DNA from: a virus
Taxonomy: Duplodnaviria > Caudoviricetes
Length of the DNA stretch: 64,000 nucleotides
Reading direction: 5' to 3' (one strand)
Virus record (IMG/VR): IMGVR_UViG_2706796186_000001
Coordinates: 176,762-240,761 of that record
Shown: positions 9,724-19,253 of the stretch, piece by piece
Numbering within the stretch: position 1 is the stretch's first letter
How the letters are laid out: each line of letters begins with the position of its first letter
The notes under the pieces: model-generated
Databases searched by the model: none
What the model saw: the letters and a program-made list of their open reading frames with translations, nothing else
Told to the model about the DNA's origin: nothing
Position numbers and translations under genes: made by a program

Positions 9724-11223
9724 ATGGCAGGTCCAGCAAAACAAGTCATGGGTGAGGTGATTCGCCCACGCTTTAACGTCTACACCATTATGGATCATGC
9801 GCTTGGTACGTATGTGAAAGGTGAAGACGGCCTCTACTACCTGAACGGTGGTTTTGCCCACATCATGGGCTTTGCGGGTCGCGGTAACACCTTTAAGTCG
9901 ACGCTGATGGATTTCTGCATCTTCCAGATGCTTATCCGTTATCGTGCTGCGTGGGGGTCGAAGTTCGATACCGAAGTCTCAGCAGCACTCGACCGTCTGG
10001 AGCAGGGCTATATCTCTGCACAGAACGCCAACGGTATCCACGATGGGTCTTCTGTACTGAGCCTCATTGAAGAAGAACGTTATAACCTCGTGGGTTCTGA
10101 CGTCATGCCGGGCGAAGAGTATTACGCCAACTACATCCGTGATGAAGTGGAAGGCCGCTTTAAAGCGTACATGGGCGGCAAGGGTGTGCGTGAAACGCCG
10201 TTCCCTGATCCGGTACGCAAACGCAATAAGACCATGAACGACCCATGGTATTACTCCATCGACTCCCTGTCTGAGTGGCACTCGTCTAAAATTGAAGACA
10301 AGCACTCTGAAACCAAAGTCGGTGATTCAGAGCAGAACGCCCTGAACATGCGTGACTCACTGGAGAAATCCAACATGATGTCACGTTGGCCGTCAGCGCT
10401 GGCTCGTGGTGGCTTCTTCTTAGCCTTCGTTGCGCAGCTGGCTGATGACTCCGGTAAAGCAATGTCGCAGGGCGGCAAAGGCGCGAAGCCTGCTAACGCC
10501 AAACTGCTGGATGATGCGGGCGATGATCTGAAATTCGCGGGCATCCCACGTCGTCAAATTTCCTTCCTGACCAACTCCCTGCTGGTTGCGACCAAGTCGG
10601 GTGAGCTGAAACATGAAGGTAGCTACGACGCGAAGACCGGCGTCAACGAAGAGTTGTACCCGACCAAACGTTCGAAGGCGATGAACGCCTCGGTGAACGA
10701 CCTGAAAGAAATCGTCTTCACACAGTATCGTGCGAAGGGCGGCCATACCGGTGTGAAATTCCGTATGGTGTTCTCTCAGGAGATGGGTCTGCTGTATCAC
10801 CTCTCACTGTGGCATTACCTCGATAAGGTACTGAAAACCGAATACGGTTACACCAGTGCTGGTTCAGGTGGCGCTATCAAAGAGCTGGCGATTCTGCCGG
10901 GTCTCAAGTTCGGCCGTACGACGATTCGTGACCTCTGCGATGAGAACGTGCGTCTGCGTCGTGCACTGGAAATTACCGCTGCGCTGGCGTACATGCAGAA
11001 CAACTACCACCGTCTGGAAATGAAGTATCACATCTCTCCTCAGGAATTGTATGAGAAGATCAACGAAAAGTGGGACTGGGACGAGATTCTGGATAACACC
11101 GTTGAGTATTGGATGTTCAAAGACCAGGAAGTCAAAGGTGGTAAACGCACACTGACAGCAATGAGTCTGCTGGCAATGGCGGTGGATGGTCTGGAACCGA
11201 AGTTCTTAACCAAGAAAAAGTAA
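9724..11223 (+). CDS. uvsX: UvsX/RecA-like recombinase (phiKZ gp152-like)
   Basis: Walker A GRGNTFKST, KFDTE, Walker B YSIDSL; synteny with RNase H and vRNAP beta-C. Confidence 0.8.
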   Translation: MAGPAKQVMGEVIRPRFNVYTIMDHALGTYVKGEDGLYYLNGGFAHIMGFAGRGNTFKSTLMDFCIFQMLIRYRAAWGSKFDTEVSAALDRLEQGYISAQNANGIHDGSSVLSLIEEERYNLVGSDVMPGEEYYANYIRDEVEGRFKAYMGGKGVRETPFPDPVRKRNKTMNDPWYYSIDSLSEWHSSKIEDKHSETKVGDSEQNALNMRDSLEKSNMMSRWPSALARGGFFLAFVAQLADDSGKAMSQGGKGAKPANAKLLDDAGDDLKFAGIPRRQISFLTNSLLVATKSGELKHEGSYDAKTGVNEELYPTKRSKAMNASVNDLKEIVFTQYRAKGGHTGVKFRMVFSQEMGLLYHLSLWHYLDKVLKTEYGYTSAGSGGAIKELAILPGLKFGRTTIRDLCDENVRLRRALEITAALAYMQNNYHRLEMKYHISPQELYEKINEKWDWDEILDNTVEYWMFKDQEVKGGKRTLTAMSLLAMAVDGLEPKFLTKKK

Positions 11224-11263
11224 TCTGTTGTGGCGGGGCAACCCGCCACTTGAGGAGCAACCC

Positions 11264-11545
11264 ATGCGTTATCAAAATGATATTGTCGAGCGGTTGCGTC
11301 AAGGTATTGCAGCAGTAAATCGTGAGGTGAGTGATCAGCTGGTTGTTGAGCTGAGTAAACCCCACCACAACCTCTCCGATTTTGCACAGTGTACGAATCA
11401 ATTCTACACCAAGCTGCTCGGTACAAACGGCGCTAACCAAAACACGTTCAGTATTCCTGAGAATACGGATGCTATCCCTTTCTGGATTGAAGATCTGGAA
11501 TCCGCAGTCTTGCCTGTCCTGCGTGTCGCGGGGGCAATGCAATGA
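11264..11545 (+). CDS. Hypothetical protein
   Basis: SD GAGGAG before ATG 11264. Confidence 0.7.
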   Translation: MRYQNDIVERLRQGIAAVNREVSDQLVVELSKPHHNLSDFAQCTNQFYTKLLGTNGANQNTFSIPENTDAIPFWIEDLESAVLPVLRVAGAMQ

Positions 11546-12210
11546 AATTAGATCCTGCGCGCCGCAAGAAAGCCGAAGCGTTTATCTATCAGCTGTTAAC
11601 ACTCATCGACCCGTCAGGGATTAACACCGAAGCCGCGAAAGCGTCCCTACCGGGGTTAAGCGACGAAGACTTTAACAAGCTACGCCACGGCATTCCGATT
11701 TATAACCCGGCGGGCAGTAAGGTGCAAATCGACCACATGCGCAACGTAGAAATCTGTCGTGCGTTGGGGTTAGAGTTGTGCCAGCGTCTGTACTTTACGG
11801 AACCGAAGACGGGCTTAGTGCACCGAACTCGTTGGCCGCATATTGTCGTACCCTTACCGGTGCGCCGACAGACGCAGATGCGAGAAAAGAAAATTGCTGT
11901 TGCGAAGAACGACCGTGTTCGCGACAAACTCTCTGGCCAAGTGGTCGGCCCATCCAAAGCGTCTGGGGTATCCTTCCCTGAGTCGTACATTATGTTCTCG
12001 GATGGTCTGGACAATAGCTTGGAAGAGTTCTTGCATGCGCGTGGAGGGAATGAAGCACTACAACGTGCGTTCTACCAATCCATCCGACAAACTGGCCAAG
12101 GCCGTATCAAGATACCCGGTGCCGAACGCACCTCCAGTAAAGCCACTCGTACGTGGAGTGCCTATTACAAAGCCATGGGTATCGGTAACAACATAGGTTC
12201 CCCGCAATGA
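11542..12210 (+). CDS. rpoB: Virion RNA polymerase beta subunit, C-terminal part (phiKZ gp149 / SPN3US gp218-like)
   Basis: RRQTQMREKK...DKLSGQVVGPSKASGVSFPE...LEEFLHARGG parallels the RpoB C-terminal TQQP..GK...GEME...LQEML region. Confidence 0.75.
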   Translation: MKLDPARRKKAEAFIYQLLTLIDPSGINTEAAKASLPGLSDEDFNKLRHGIPIYNPAGSKVQIDHMRNVEICRALGLELCQRLYFTEPKTGLVHRTRWPHIVVPLPVRRQTQMREKKIAVAKNDRVRDKLSGQVVGPSKASGVSFPESYIMFSDGLDNSLEEFLHARGGNEALQRAFYQSIRQTGQGRIKIPGAERTSSKATRTWSAYYKAMGIGNNIGSPQ

Positions 12211-12935
12211 GAACAGGACGTCGCTATCTGGTAGATATAGATACACTTTTCGACACCCGCTTAGGTTGGGCGAAGGTCATTGCACCCGAGGCGTTAGAGA
12301 AGCTCGAGTTAGATGCTTTTCGTAAACGTCACACCGATATCTGGGCAGAAGCGATTGGTATCCAAAACTGGTCCGAACAACTCAAACAACGTGACAAGCG
12401 CGCGTTGTTCCTGTCAGACCCGACAGAGTTTCTGTTAGGTTTGAAGAATCAGGTGCTCGTTGACTTGACCACATTAGTAATGTCGTCGCCTATTGACCGA
12501 CCGACTGTTACGATTAACATGTGGCCTTACACCGACCTCACGGCTGAACAATCGGATGCGTTCTTGCAGAACTTCCGTCAGCTGTACAACGAGGTTAAGG
12601 TGGACATGGTCTATATCGATCACAAAGATCTTTCACCTGGACGTCTCGACAGCATGTGGGACATCTGGTACATGTTCGACTGGTTTAATTGGGTCACTGT
12701 CCACGCGGGAAATTTTGCGAAAAAAATACCCCAGTTTAAAATCCACCCGCCAGCGTTGCTGACGGACGGACTTACGACTGAGGCGATTGAAGCGATAGAG
12801 CGCGACGGGGTCAATCCGTTCAGTGCCTTGACACGGTTCATGGAAGAACTGGTCACTATCGATCCGGTGGATGCCCGGCTGTATTCTATTCTTCGTCCCC
12901 TGAATTCCCCGGACGAGCAAACGCCACAGCCATAA
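12207..12935 (+). CDS. Conserved hypothetical protein, possible HAD-like fold
   Basis: N-terminal YLVDIDTLFD (DxD) motif; ATGA coupling. Confidence 0.6.
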   Translation: MRTGRRYLVDIDTLFDTRLGWAKVIAPEALEKLELDAFRKRHTDIWAEAIGIQNWSEQLKQRDKRALFLSDPTEFLLGLKNQVLVDLTTLVMSSPIDRPTVTINMWPYTDLTAEQSDAFLQNFRQLYNEVKVDMVYIDHKDLSPGRLDSMWDIWYMFDWFNWVTVHAGNFAKKIPQFKIHPPALLTDGLTTEAIEAIERDGVNPFSALTRFMEELVTIDPVDARLYSILRPLNSPDEQTPQP

Positions 12936-13350
12936 TGGCATTCACGTCAATCTTTTCGCCAACGGGTGCCAGCTCGCCTTCTTTGTGTTCCTGTTTGGGG
13001 ACGTTAGGAAGCGCGGGTTGGTACCCGGTGTTTTCTTCGCTGTTATCGTCGTGACGTTGGATACGCACACCCGGACGACCAAGCACGACCGAGTTCAGTG
13101 CATTGGCCACGTCTTGTGCAGCTCCGGCTGTTTTCTGGGCAGCGTCGGCACGACGTTTACCGAGGATTTGTCTGTCGACACCCGACAGCATTTTCTCAAG
13201 GGAGTTGACGAGGTCTTTGTCCTTGTGGACACTCTCGTCTTCCATGATGAGGTTAGCCACGCGAATACGGGCTTGACGGGTTTGGCGGAGAAGCGACTCT
13301 TCGTCATCAACATCTCCGTCGAAGGCTTGGTACTTCACTTCTTCGCTCAT
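12886..13350 (-). CDS. Hypothetical protein
   Basis: SD GAGGA; 154 aa; its 3' end overlaps the convergent gene by 50 bp. Confidence 0.7.
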   Translation of the reverse strand: MSEEVKYQAFDGDVDDEESLLRQTRQARIRVANLIMEDESVHKDKDLVNSLEKMLSGVDRQILGKRRADAAQKTAGAAQDVANALNSVVLGRPGVRIQRHDDNSEENTGYQPALPNVPKQEHKEGELAPVGEKIDVNAIMAVAFARPGNSGDEE

Positions 13351-13379
13351 GGGTATTCCTCTTTTTAAAAAAGAACTCA

Positions 13380-13399
13380 GACAGATATTATCTTGATGA
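13380..13399 (+). promoter_or_regulatory. Early-type phage promoter motif (copy 2)
   Basis: GACAGATATTATCTTGATGA. Confidence 0.65.
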
Positions 13400-13424
13400 G
13401 ATTATCTCAACTAAGGATCAACTT

Positions 13425-13958
13425 ATGTTGTTCGAATGGCTCACGTTTCCTTTAAAGCGATACGCCCATAAGCGGCGTAGAAGCTATTTAGAGGCCGAGT
13501 TCCATAAGAATACCCAGAATACTTATCAGAGGGTCCTAATAGGCTTAGCGTTGCTTACAGAACCTCTGGAGTATAACGGTAATACTTACCGTAGTATTGA
13601 CCTGATGGGTAATCTGGAACTCCGGTGTAAAAGCTTCGATATTGTTCATCAGCGGTTTGCCTTTCTGCTGCGTGAATACGATCGGGTGCTAAACACCACT
13701 GGACGCAATCCAGACTGGAGTCCCTATCCTGCGGTGATTGACACCCAACAGGATAAACCGATGTTGCGTTGGTTCGATGAGTATTTCGGAACAAGCAGCA
13801 CGGATGTCGTACGGCAGAAGTTACGTCGAACGTACGAATTGTTAGAGACTTATCGAGACGTATACAGCAGTAAAACCAATCCAGAACAAGATGTGCTGTT
13901 TAACCTGACGCGCCATCTCGTTCGTGAGTTAGAGACCATAGTGGAACACTACCTCTAA
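13425..13958 (+). CDS. Hypothetical protein
   Basis: SD AAGGA; 177 aa. Confidence 0.75.
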   Translation: MLFEWLTFPLKRYAHKRRRSYLEAEFHKNTQNTYQRVLIGLALLTEPLEYNGNTYRSIDLMGNLELRCKSFDIVHQRFAFLLREYDRVLNTTGRNPDWSPYPAVIDTQQDKPMLRWFDEYFGTSSTDVVRQKLRRTYELLETYRDVYSSKTNPEQDVLFNLTRHLVRELETIVEHYL

Positions 13959-13989
13959 TCCGTTCATCTCCTTGGAACAAGGGCGAACT

Positions 13990-14832
13990 ATGAGTAAGAA
14001 AAATAGCAAGTTGAAAAAGTTGCTGGCAGAAGGCGTCCCAGACGATACCCCCATTGGGATATACCTTCGTACAGCATACTGGAATCTCGTGAAACACGAA
14101 ATGCGTTTAGCTCCGGTGGACTGGATGGTGTTGTTGAAAGCGTACGTGGCGGATGAACGCTTCGTGGGTCGTTCAACAGCAGAGCCAAAGGAGCGTGAAA
14201 GTCGGCTGATTAACGCCTTAACCGGTGGCTCGGTAAGGGGTGTCAGTGTGGACTTCACTTGGGTGCGGTTCATTGAAAGTTTGGTGATGTTGCGCATCGA
14301 AACGTTAACGTTAACTGCGAAAGCAACCCGTGGTAAGTTTGGGGCAGCGAAGATCGTGCACGCTTCCTGTAATCCCAAACAAGAACTGCTGCGGATTGTG
14401 GACGGGGAAATGGACGAAGACCTGAAAGGGTCGGCGAGTCAAACGTTAAACGCGTTCTTCAAAGACCGGCAGCGTACAGCGTCGCAGGTCATGGAGCACA
14501 TCTTACTCAAAGTCTTATGGAGCTTCTTTGTTGAATACAACATCGACTCTGAGATGTGGCGCAAACTGTCAACGGCTTATGTTAATAACCCGAAGAACTG
14601 TCCGGCGCTGTCTAACCGGCGCAACGACAAACGACACAATCTGCAATCGGCTATTCGTTACACGAAGAAGATTTCTTGGAAGAAGTTCCTTGAAGCGCTG
14701 AAAGCGATTGATGTTCGTGAGTTTCGTTGTGCGTTCTTGTGTACCAACGACAAGAACCAGTCCTTCGAGACAGAAATCGTCGTTGACCTAACCCAACTCG
14801 TTTTCTGGAGTAACCGCAATGAGTCTGAATAA
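13990..14832 (+). CDS. Hypothetical protein with an internal tandem domain duplication
   Basis: The two halves share an LW...W..L..AYV...L..A....W.[KR]F.E.L pattern. Confidence 0.7.
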   Translation: MSKKNSKLKKLLAEGVPDDTPIGIYLRTAYWNLVKHEMRLAPVDWMVLLKAYVADERFVGRSTAEPKERESRLINALTGGSVRGVSVDFTWVRFIESLVMLRIETLTLTAKATRGKFGAAKIVHASCNPKQELLRIVDGEMDEDLKGSASQTLNAFFKDRQRTASQVMEHILLKVLWSFFVEYNIDSEMWRKLSTAYVNNPKNCPALSNRRNDKRHNLQSAIRYTKKISWKKFLEALKAIDVREFRCAFLCTNDKNQSFETEIVVDLTQLVFWSNRNESE

Positions 14833-16147
14833 ACTGGGCGGGTTTTCTAACTCGCTTGAAAGCAAAGCGAGCGGTGCGATCGACCGGGTCAACAATGTCC
14901 AAAACGCGGCGGTGAATACTGTCAATAATGTACAGAACGGGGTGAACAACGCCGTTAACACTGTACAGAACACCGTAGACAGTGCAGAGCGGGGGATTCA
15001 ATCCGCTCAGAACCTCTACAACGACAGTGTGGAAAAAGCCGGGAAAGCCTACGACAGTCTGACCAGTGGGGCCAGCACTATCAAGGAGAAACTCGGCAAC
15101 CTGTTTGGAGGTAGCGACTTAGCCACTTCTAACGCGGTCAAGGCACCGGGATCGGCAGCATCGGGGACATCGCCCGGTAGCCGTATCGCAGGCTTTTCAA
15201 CCGATCCGAAAGAAACGCTTCCGAGCATCAACCCATTAAACCGTGAAGTGGCTGAACCTTTCAAGCCTAAGAACGAAGCCGCTAACGGGGTGCTCGATTA
15301 CCTGAAACCCGGTAAGGCAGGCAGTCTGCTGTCACAAGGGTTCAGTAAGCTTACCGCGTTACGTGACAGTGCGCTGAGTGCGGTTGGTACCGACTATGCT
15401 TCCGTCAAGAAGCGCATTGAGTCGACCATGCAAGTCGCCGGTCAGTTAGCCCGTCTGCCGGGTGAGGTGCAGCAAGAGATTAACTCGTACGTCTCTGCGG
15501 TCAACCAAACCCGTAACGAAATCACCGCGGTAATTGATGGGGCAACCCAAACCTTTAAGTCCTTCAAAGACTTCGATGATTATCTGGCAATCGACAGTTT
15601 CATTGAAAGCTTCAAGGGCAGTAACAGTCTGGCCAATTTTGATATTGGTACAACCTCTGGTCTCATCTACGGCTTATCCAGTAAACTGTCTGAGTACGGT
15701 CTGCCGGGGAAAACCGTGTCCATGGTCGATGCCATTACTGACCCGGTTGCCAAACGCGCCATGTACGGCGAGTTACTGGTGCAAGCGGCAAGTGTCGGGA
15801 ACATTGACACCGTGGAGTTCTACCTGACCAAACTCGAACCCGGCCAAGGGTTGGAGCTGGCGAATGATGTTATCCAGAAATTGTTCGGGAGCCTGCAAGT
15901 CGACACTGGCGTAGGATTGAAATCTTACGGCACCCGCTTGCTGAGCATCTGTAATTCACTCGATCCGAAATGGGACAAGACGAAAGTCGCCCCAGTGCGT
16001 ACCGAGTTGCTGAATTACACGTACTGCAATATCAATGCATTGCAGGCACTGTTAACGACTGACAAACGCAAGTATGTGTGTGCGGCAGGTAGCCGTCGCC
16101 TACAACGTGCAGATGTGTTGGTCAACCAGTTCTTCCCGGCAGCCTGA
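14819..16147 (+). CDS. Probable virion structural protein with N-terminal N/V/Q repeats
   Basis: 442 aa; VNNVQN/VNTVQN repeats; Ser/Ala/Gly-rich N-terminal half. Confidence 0.55.
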   Translation: MSLNKLGGFSNSLESKASGAIDRVNNVQNAAVNTVNNVQNGVNNAVNTVQNTVDSAERGIQSAQNLYNDSVEKAGKAYDSLTSGASTIKEKLGNLFGGSDLATSNAVKAPGSAASGTSPGSRIAGFSTDPKETLPSINPLNREVAEPFKPKNEAANGVLDYLKPGKAGSLLSQGFSKLTALRDSALSAVGTDYASVKKRIESTMQVAGQLARLPGEVQQEINSYVSAVNQTRNEITAVIDGATQTFKSFKDFDDYLAIDSFIESFKGSNSLANFDIGTTSGLIYGLSSKLSEYGLPGKTVSMVDAITDPVAKRAMYGELLVQAASVGNIDTVEFYLTKLEPGQGLELANDVIQKLFGSLQVDTGVGLKSYGTRLLSICNSLDPKWDKTKVAPVRTELLNYTYCNINALQALLTTDKRKYVCAAGSRRLQRADVLVNQFFPAA

Positions 16148-16159
16148 AGGTAAAAGATT

Positions 16160-17194
16160 ATGACAAACGTTGAAATGAGAGAACTGCGTGACCTGATTGC
16201 TCTGGTACGCGGTTCGGACTGGGAACCCGAAGTACGCGATCGCATTGCTGCCCGGTTAATACTGGCTCAACTTCAGGGGCCAAACTGGACACATGCGTTC
16301 AACAAATCACTGCCACTCGAACAACGGGTGATGGGGTTTGATTCATCAGCAATGGATAGAACGTTAGCGAGCAGACTGGCGACATCGCTGGGCTTGTCGT
16401 TGGTCGAGCAAATCGGCCAGTTCGATCCACGCTGGTTTGATGGGGAACTTTCCTACCTGTCTGCGAACCCCCAGTTCCGTGAGAAGATTGTGCGTCGTTT
16501 ACGCTCGGTCGGTTACCGGAGTCTGGCCACAGACAAGATTCCGTCTACGGACGGACTCAACCATTACAACATTTATTCGCAGTCTCGCAACCCGGTAGGT
16601 CAATTGGCAAGTAACTTTGCCTCCAGTCCTGATGGGTCGTACTTCGACACGCCACATGGCCCGTATCGTACGCTGGAAGGGTATTACCATGTCCTGCGCG
16701 TACTGGATTACTTTCTGTACATTGATGCTGAGGAGAAGATTTCTGATTACCCCCTCTATCAGTTCAATGGCAATCCTATCGAACGTGATCTGTTCATCCT
16801 CGAATGCTTCAGCATGAAGTTTCCTGAGATTGACAGAATGCGGGAGGTTGATGGGGCAGAAGGGATACGGACAGGGCGGGTGTTGAAGAAGGCTGTTTAC
16901 GGTGGGTCACGTTACCGTCCGGGTGCATTCTCTGAGCATGTCGAACGCTGTTTTATGAAGGCGGTCGTGCACAAGCTGCATAAACTTAAACTGGATGGCG
17001 TGTGTCTTGGGAATATCATGGCGGAGATTCATCAGCAGGGTATTCCGTTTGAGCACTACTACGTGATGAACGGGAAGATTCACATTCCAAACCATGCGGA
17101 TTGGTTACCCGGTCTGTATACGCGGATTGTGGAAAACATCGACCCGTATGCCGTGGACTTCGACCCAGAGGACGTCATCAAACAACTGGGGTAA
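16160..17194 (+). CDS. Protein with C-terminal NADAR/T4 gp30.3-like domain (putative ADP-ribosyl hydrolase)
   Basis: NIYSQS...LASNFA...TPHGPYRTLEGYYH resembles the NADAR LSNF...F.S.E..[YF] signature. Confidence 0.5.
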   Translation: MTNVEMRELRDLIALVRGSDWEPEVRDRIAARLILAQLQGPNWTHAFNKSLPLEQRVMGFDSSAMDRTLASRLATSLGLSLVEQIGQFDPRWFDGELSYLSANPQFREKIVRRLRSVGYRSLATDKIPSTDGLNHYNIYSQSRNPVGQLASNFASSPDGSYFDTPHGPYRTLEGYYHVLRVLDYFLYIDAEEKISDYPLYQFNGNPIERDLFILECFSMKFPEIDRMREVDGAEGIRTGRVLKKAVYGGSRYRPGAFSEHVERCFMKAVVHKLHKLKLDGVCLGNIMAEIHQQGIPFEHYYVMNGKIHIPNHADWLPGLYTRIVENIDPYAVDFDPEDVIKQLG

Positions 17195-17200
17195 ATCGAT

Positions 17201-17860
17201 ATGTCATTTCTTGACACCATTGATGAACTGGAACGGGGTGAAGAAGAAGGTGTCATGAAAGTGGCACGGGAATCTATCTCGACCGAAACTGAGAAAGAGT
17301 ATTGTCTTTGGGTGAAGCCCACTGCGGAAGGCTGGGAGTGGCTACGTGAGCAACAGGCGTCGATGTACATTGACACCCTGATGCCCATTAACCGTGGCAA
17401 GCGCCGTGTGCGGTTAACCGAAGACCATAAAGCCGTGCTGACCGTGAAGCGTTTTGCTGACGAAGGGTGTATCGAAGAGAACTCCGATATCGGGTTTGAT
17501 ACGGCACTCACCTTCTATCAGGACGACTTCGTGTCGCATTTGGTCAAACGCATCCATCTACCCGCGGGTGAGTTAGAAGCCAAAGGCGGTAAGCATTGGG
17601 ACATTGACGTGTTCTACCGTGCCGGTGGTCATCCACAACTGCTGAACGCAGACGACTACGACGCTTTGCTCAACACCATGAAGCAGGGCAGCTCGTACGG
17701 CGAGTGGGTGAAGGTGGAGTTGGAAGTAGAACGGTTTGAAATGGAATCGATTCGCGAACACATTCCGTTTGCGGTTGAAGACGTCATTCCGTCGCGCCCA
17801 ACCAAGCCCGAAGACCAGGAGTTCATTCGCAACTACTGGGACGTGGACACACGTCTGTAA
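17201..17860 (+). CDS. CYTH / triphosphate-tunnel metalloenzyme family protein
   Basis: ETEKEY (ExExK-like), RVRL...LTVK, EEN, KRI, WDIDVF, VELEV in canonical CYTH order. Confidence 0.7.
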   Translation: MSFLDTIDELERGEEEGVMKVARESISTETEKEYCLWVKPTAEGWEWLREQQASMYIDTLMPINRGKRRVRLTEDHKAVLTVKRFADEGCIEENSDIGFDTALTFYQDDFVSHLVKRIHLPAGELEAKGGKHWDIDVFYRAGGHPQLLNADDYDALLNTMKQGSSYGEWVKVELEVERFEMESIREHIPFAVEDVIPSRPTKPEDQEFIRNYWDVDTRL

Positions 17861-17866
17861 CAGATG

Positions 17867-17902
17867 ACCACTCCTTCGGGAGTGGTTTTCTTTTTTCTTT
17901 TT
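17867..17902 (+). terminator. Rho-independent terminator
   Basis: ACCACTCC-TTCG-GGAGTGGT followed by a T-rich tract. Confidence 0.85.
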
Positions 17903-17947
17903 ACACCATGTTGGCTAACTATGTAGAAATCCTAGGGAATAACTAAA

Positions 17948-18376
17948 ATGAATACACTGTCTTTCGAAGCGGGTAAAGGGTTAAGCGTTAACGGACATCT
18001 GGTACCGGACACCAACAACCACCATTTTGAAAAGCTCTACCGCCGTATCGGGGTAGGGCGTAAGGTCAACCTGAAAATCACCAACGAGATTGCCCTCAAT
18101 GGCAACGTGGCGGCTTTAGGTCCGATGTATGGCTTCCGTCCAAGCCAAGACGCTGCTGCTGCCCTGTTGCAGCACGGTGAGTTTAGCAGCGGTGTGTACG
18201 CATTCCGTTTACTCGGTTCGCTACGTCGGGTGTCGAACAAACACGTTGGTCAGGGCATGACGCCAACCGTTTTACAAAGCGGTGAGATTATTGTCCTCGT
18301 ACATTCCAATCACGAATATAAGTCGGGTTTGGATTTCATGATTAGCTATTCCGAAGTGGAGAATGCAGATGTCTGA
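17948..18376 (+). CDS. Hypothetical protein
   Basis: 142-aa ORF after an intergenic gap. Confidence 0.7.
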   Translation: MNTLSFEAGKGLSVNGHLVPDTNNHHFEKLYRRIGVGRKVNLKITNEIALNGNVAALGPMYGFRPSQDAAAALLQHGEFSSGVYAFRLLGSLRRVSNKHVGQGMTPTVLQSGEIIVLVHSNHEYKSGLDFMISYSEVENADV

Positions 18377-19253
18377 TAAAGCTTACCCCGTCTTAAAGAA
18401 CTTTGAACGTGTCGATACGTGGAACACCAATTCAGACATTTATCGTCATGGTAATGTGCATCAGCAGTCGCTGAAAATGTATCGCCATCTTGGTGATCTG
18501 TGTGAAGGCGTCCAGAAAATGAAACAGCTGGATGTGGCCTCCGCGATGGGTAAGTTTGTGGTGGCGTTGGTCGGCGTGGCTTCCTTCGCAGGGGTCGATG
18601 CAGAGGAGCTGGATGAGCTTTACAGCTACGCAGGCAGAAAGGCTACGGCATGTACCCCAGCGCAAGCTGCGTGCAATCTGGTGCGTTCTACGACGTCTAT
18701 GGTCAACGATATCAACCAGTGGTTGTCTCCGGCGGGTACGCAGATGGCCAGAGCGATTGCAACGTCCTCTATCTGCGAAGTTTTCTGTTTGCTCAAGCAG
18801 AATGCTTCCTTGAATGCGGTGGTGTTAGACCGCACGATTGAGAACGCCACGAACTGTCTTCTGAAAAAGACCGGTAAGATGGACGAGTTCGGCATCTTCC
18901 ATCCCGAGGCAGCTGAGCCTACCCGCTTCGGCGGTGAAGTAACGGCTCGGGGCGAAGCGCTGTGGGCTAAACAGTTTATCCTCAACGGGTTGAAAGGACG
19001 GTTCGCCGAATTGACCGTTCGCTTCCAGTTTGAAGTCGTGGGTGATGACATCTCCGAGGTGATTGAGCAGGACATGAATGTCAAACTCAAGGAGCTGTTA
19101 GAGAAACATGTCTTGCGCAAGCCTGAGTACCGCCATCTCATGAACGACCGTAAGCCCGCAATCGTCGCGGTGAAGAACCATGATCAACTTGAGGTTCTCC
19201 CGAACGACGATCTCAAGGAACTGCTTAACGAATTAGAAAAGGTAACTGGCTGA
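18369..19253 (+). CDS. Degenerate MazG-like NTP pyrophosphatase domain fused to an unknown C-terminal domain
   Basis: [12 protein letters not shown]...[10 protein letters not shown]...[15 protein letters not shown] aligns by eye with the 22390 protein but lacks its acidic metal ligands. Confidence 0.5.
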   Translation: MSDKAYPVLKNFERVDTWNTNSDIYRHGNVHQQSLKMYRHLGDLCEGVQKMKQLDVASAMGKFVVALVGVASFAGVDAEELDELYSYAGRKATACTPAQAACNLVRSTTSMVNDINQWLSPAGTQMARAIATSSICEVFCLLKQNASLNAVVLDRTIENATNCLLKKTGKMDEFGIFHPEAAEPTRFGGEVTARGEALWAKQFILNGLKGRFAELTVRFQFEVVGDDISEVIEQDMNVKLKELLEKHVLRKPEYRHLMNDRKPAIVAVKNHDQLEVLPNDDLKELLNELEKVTG

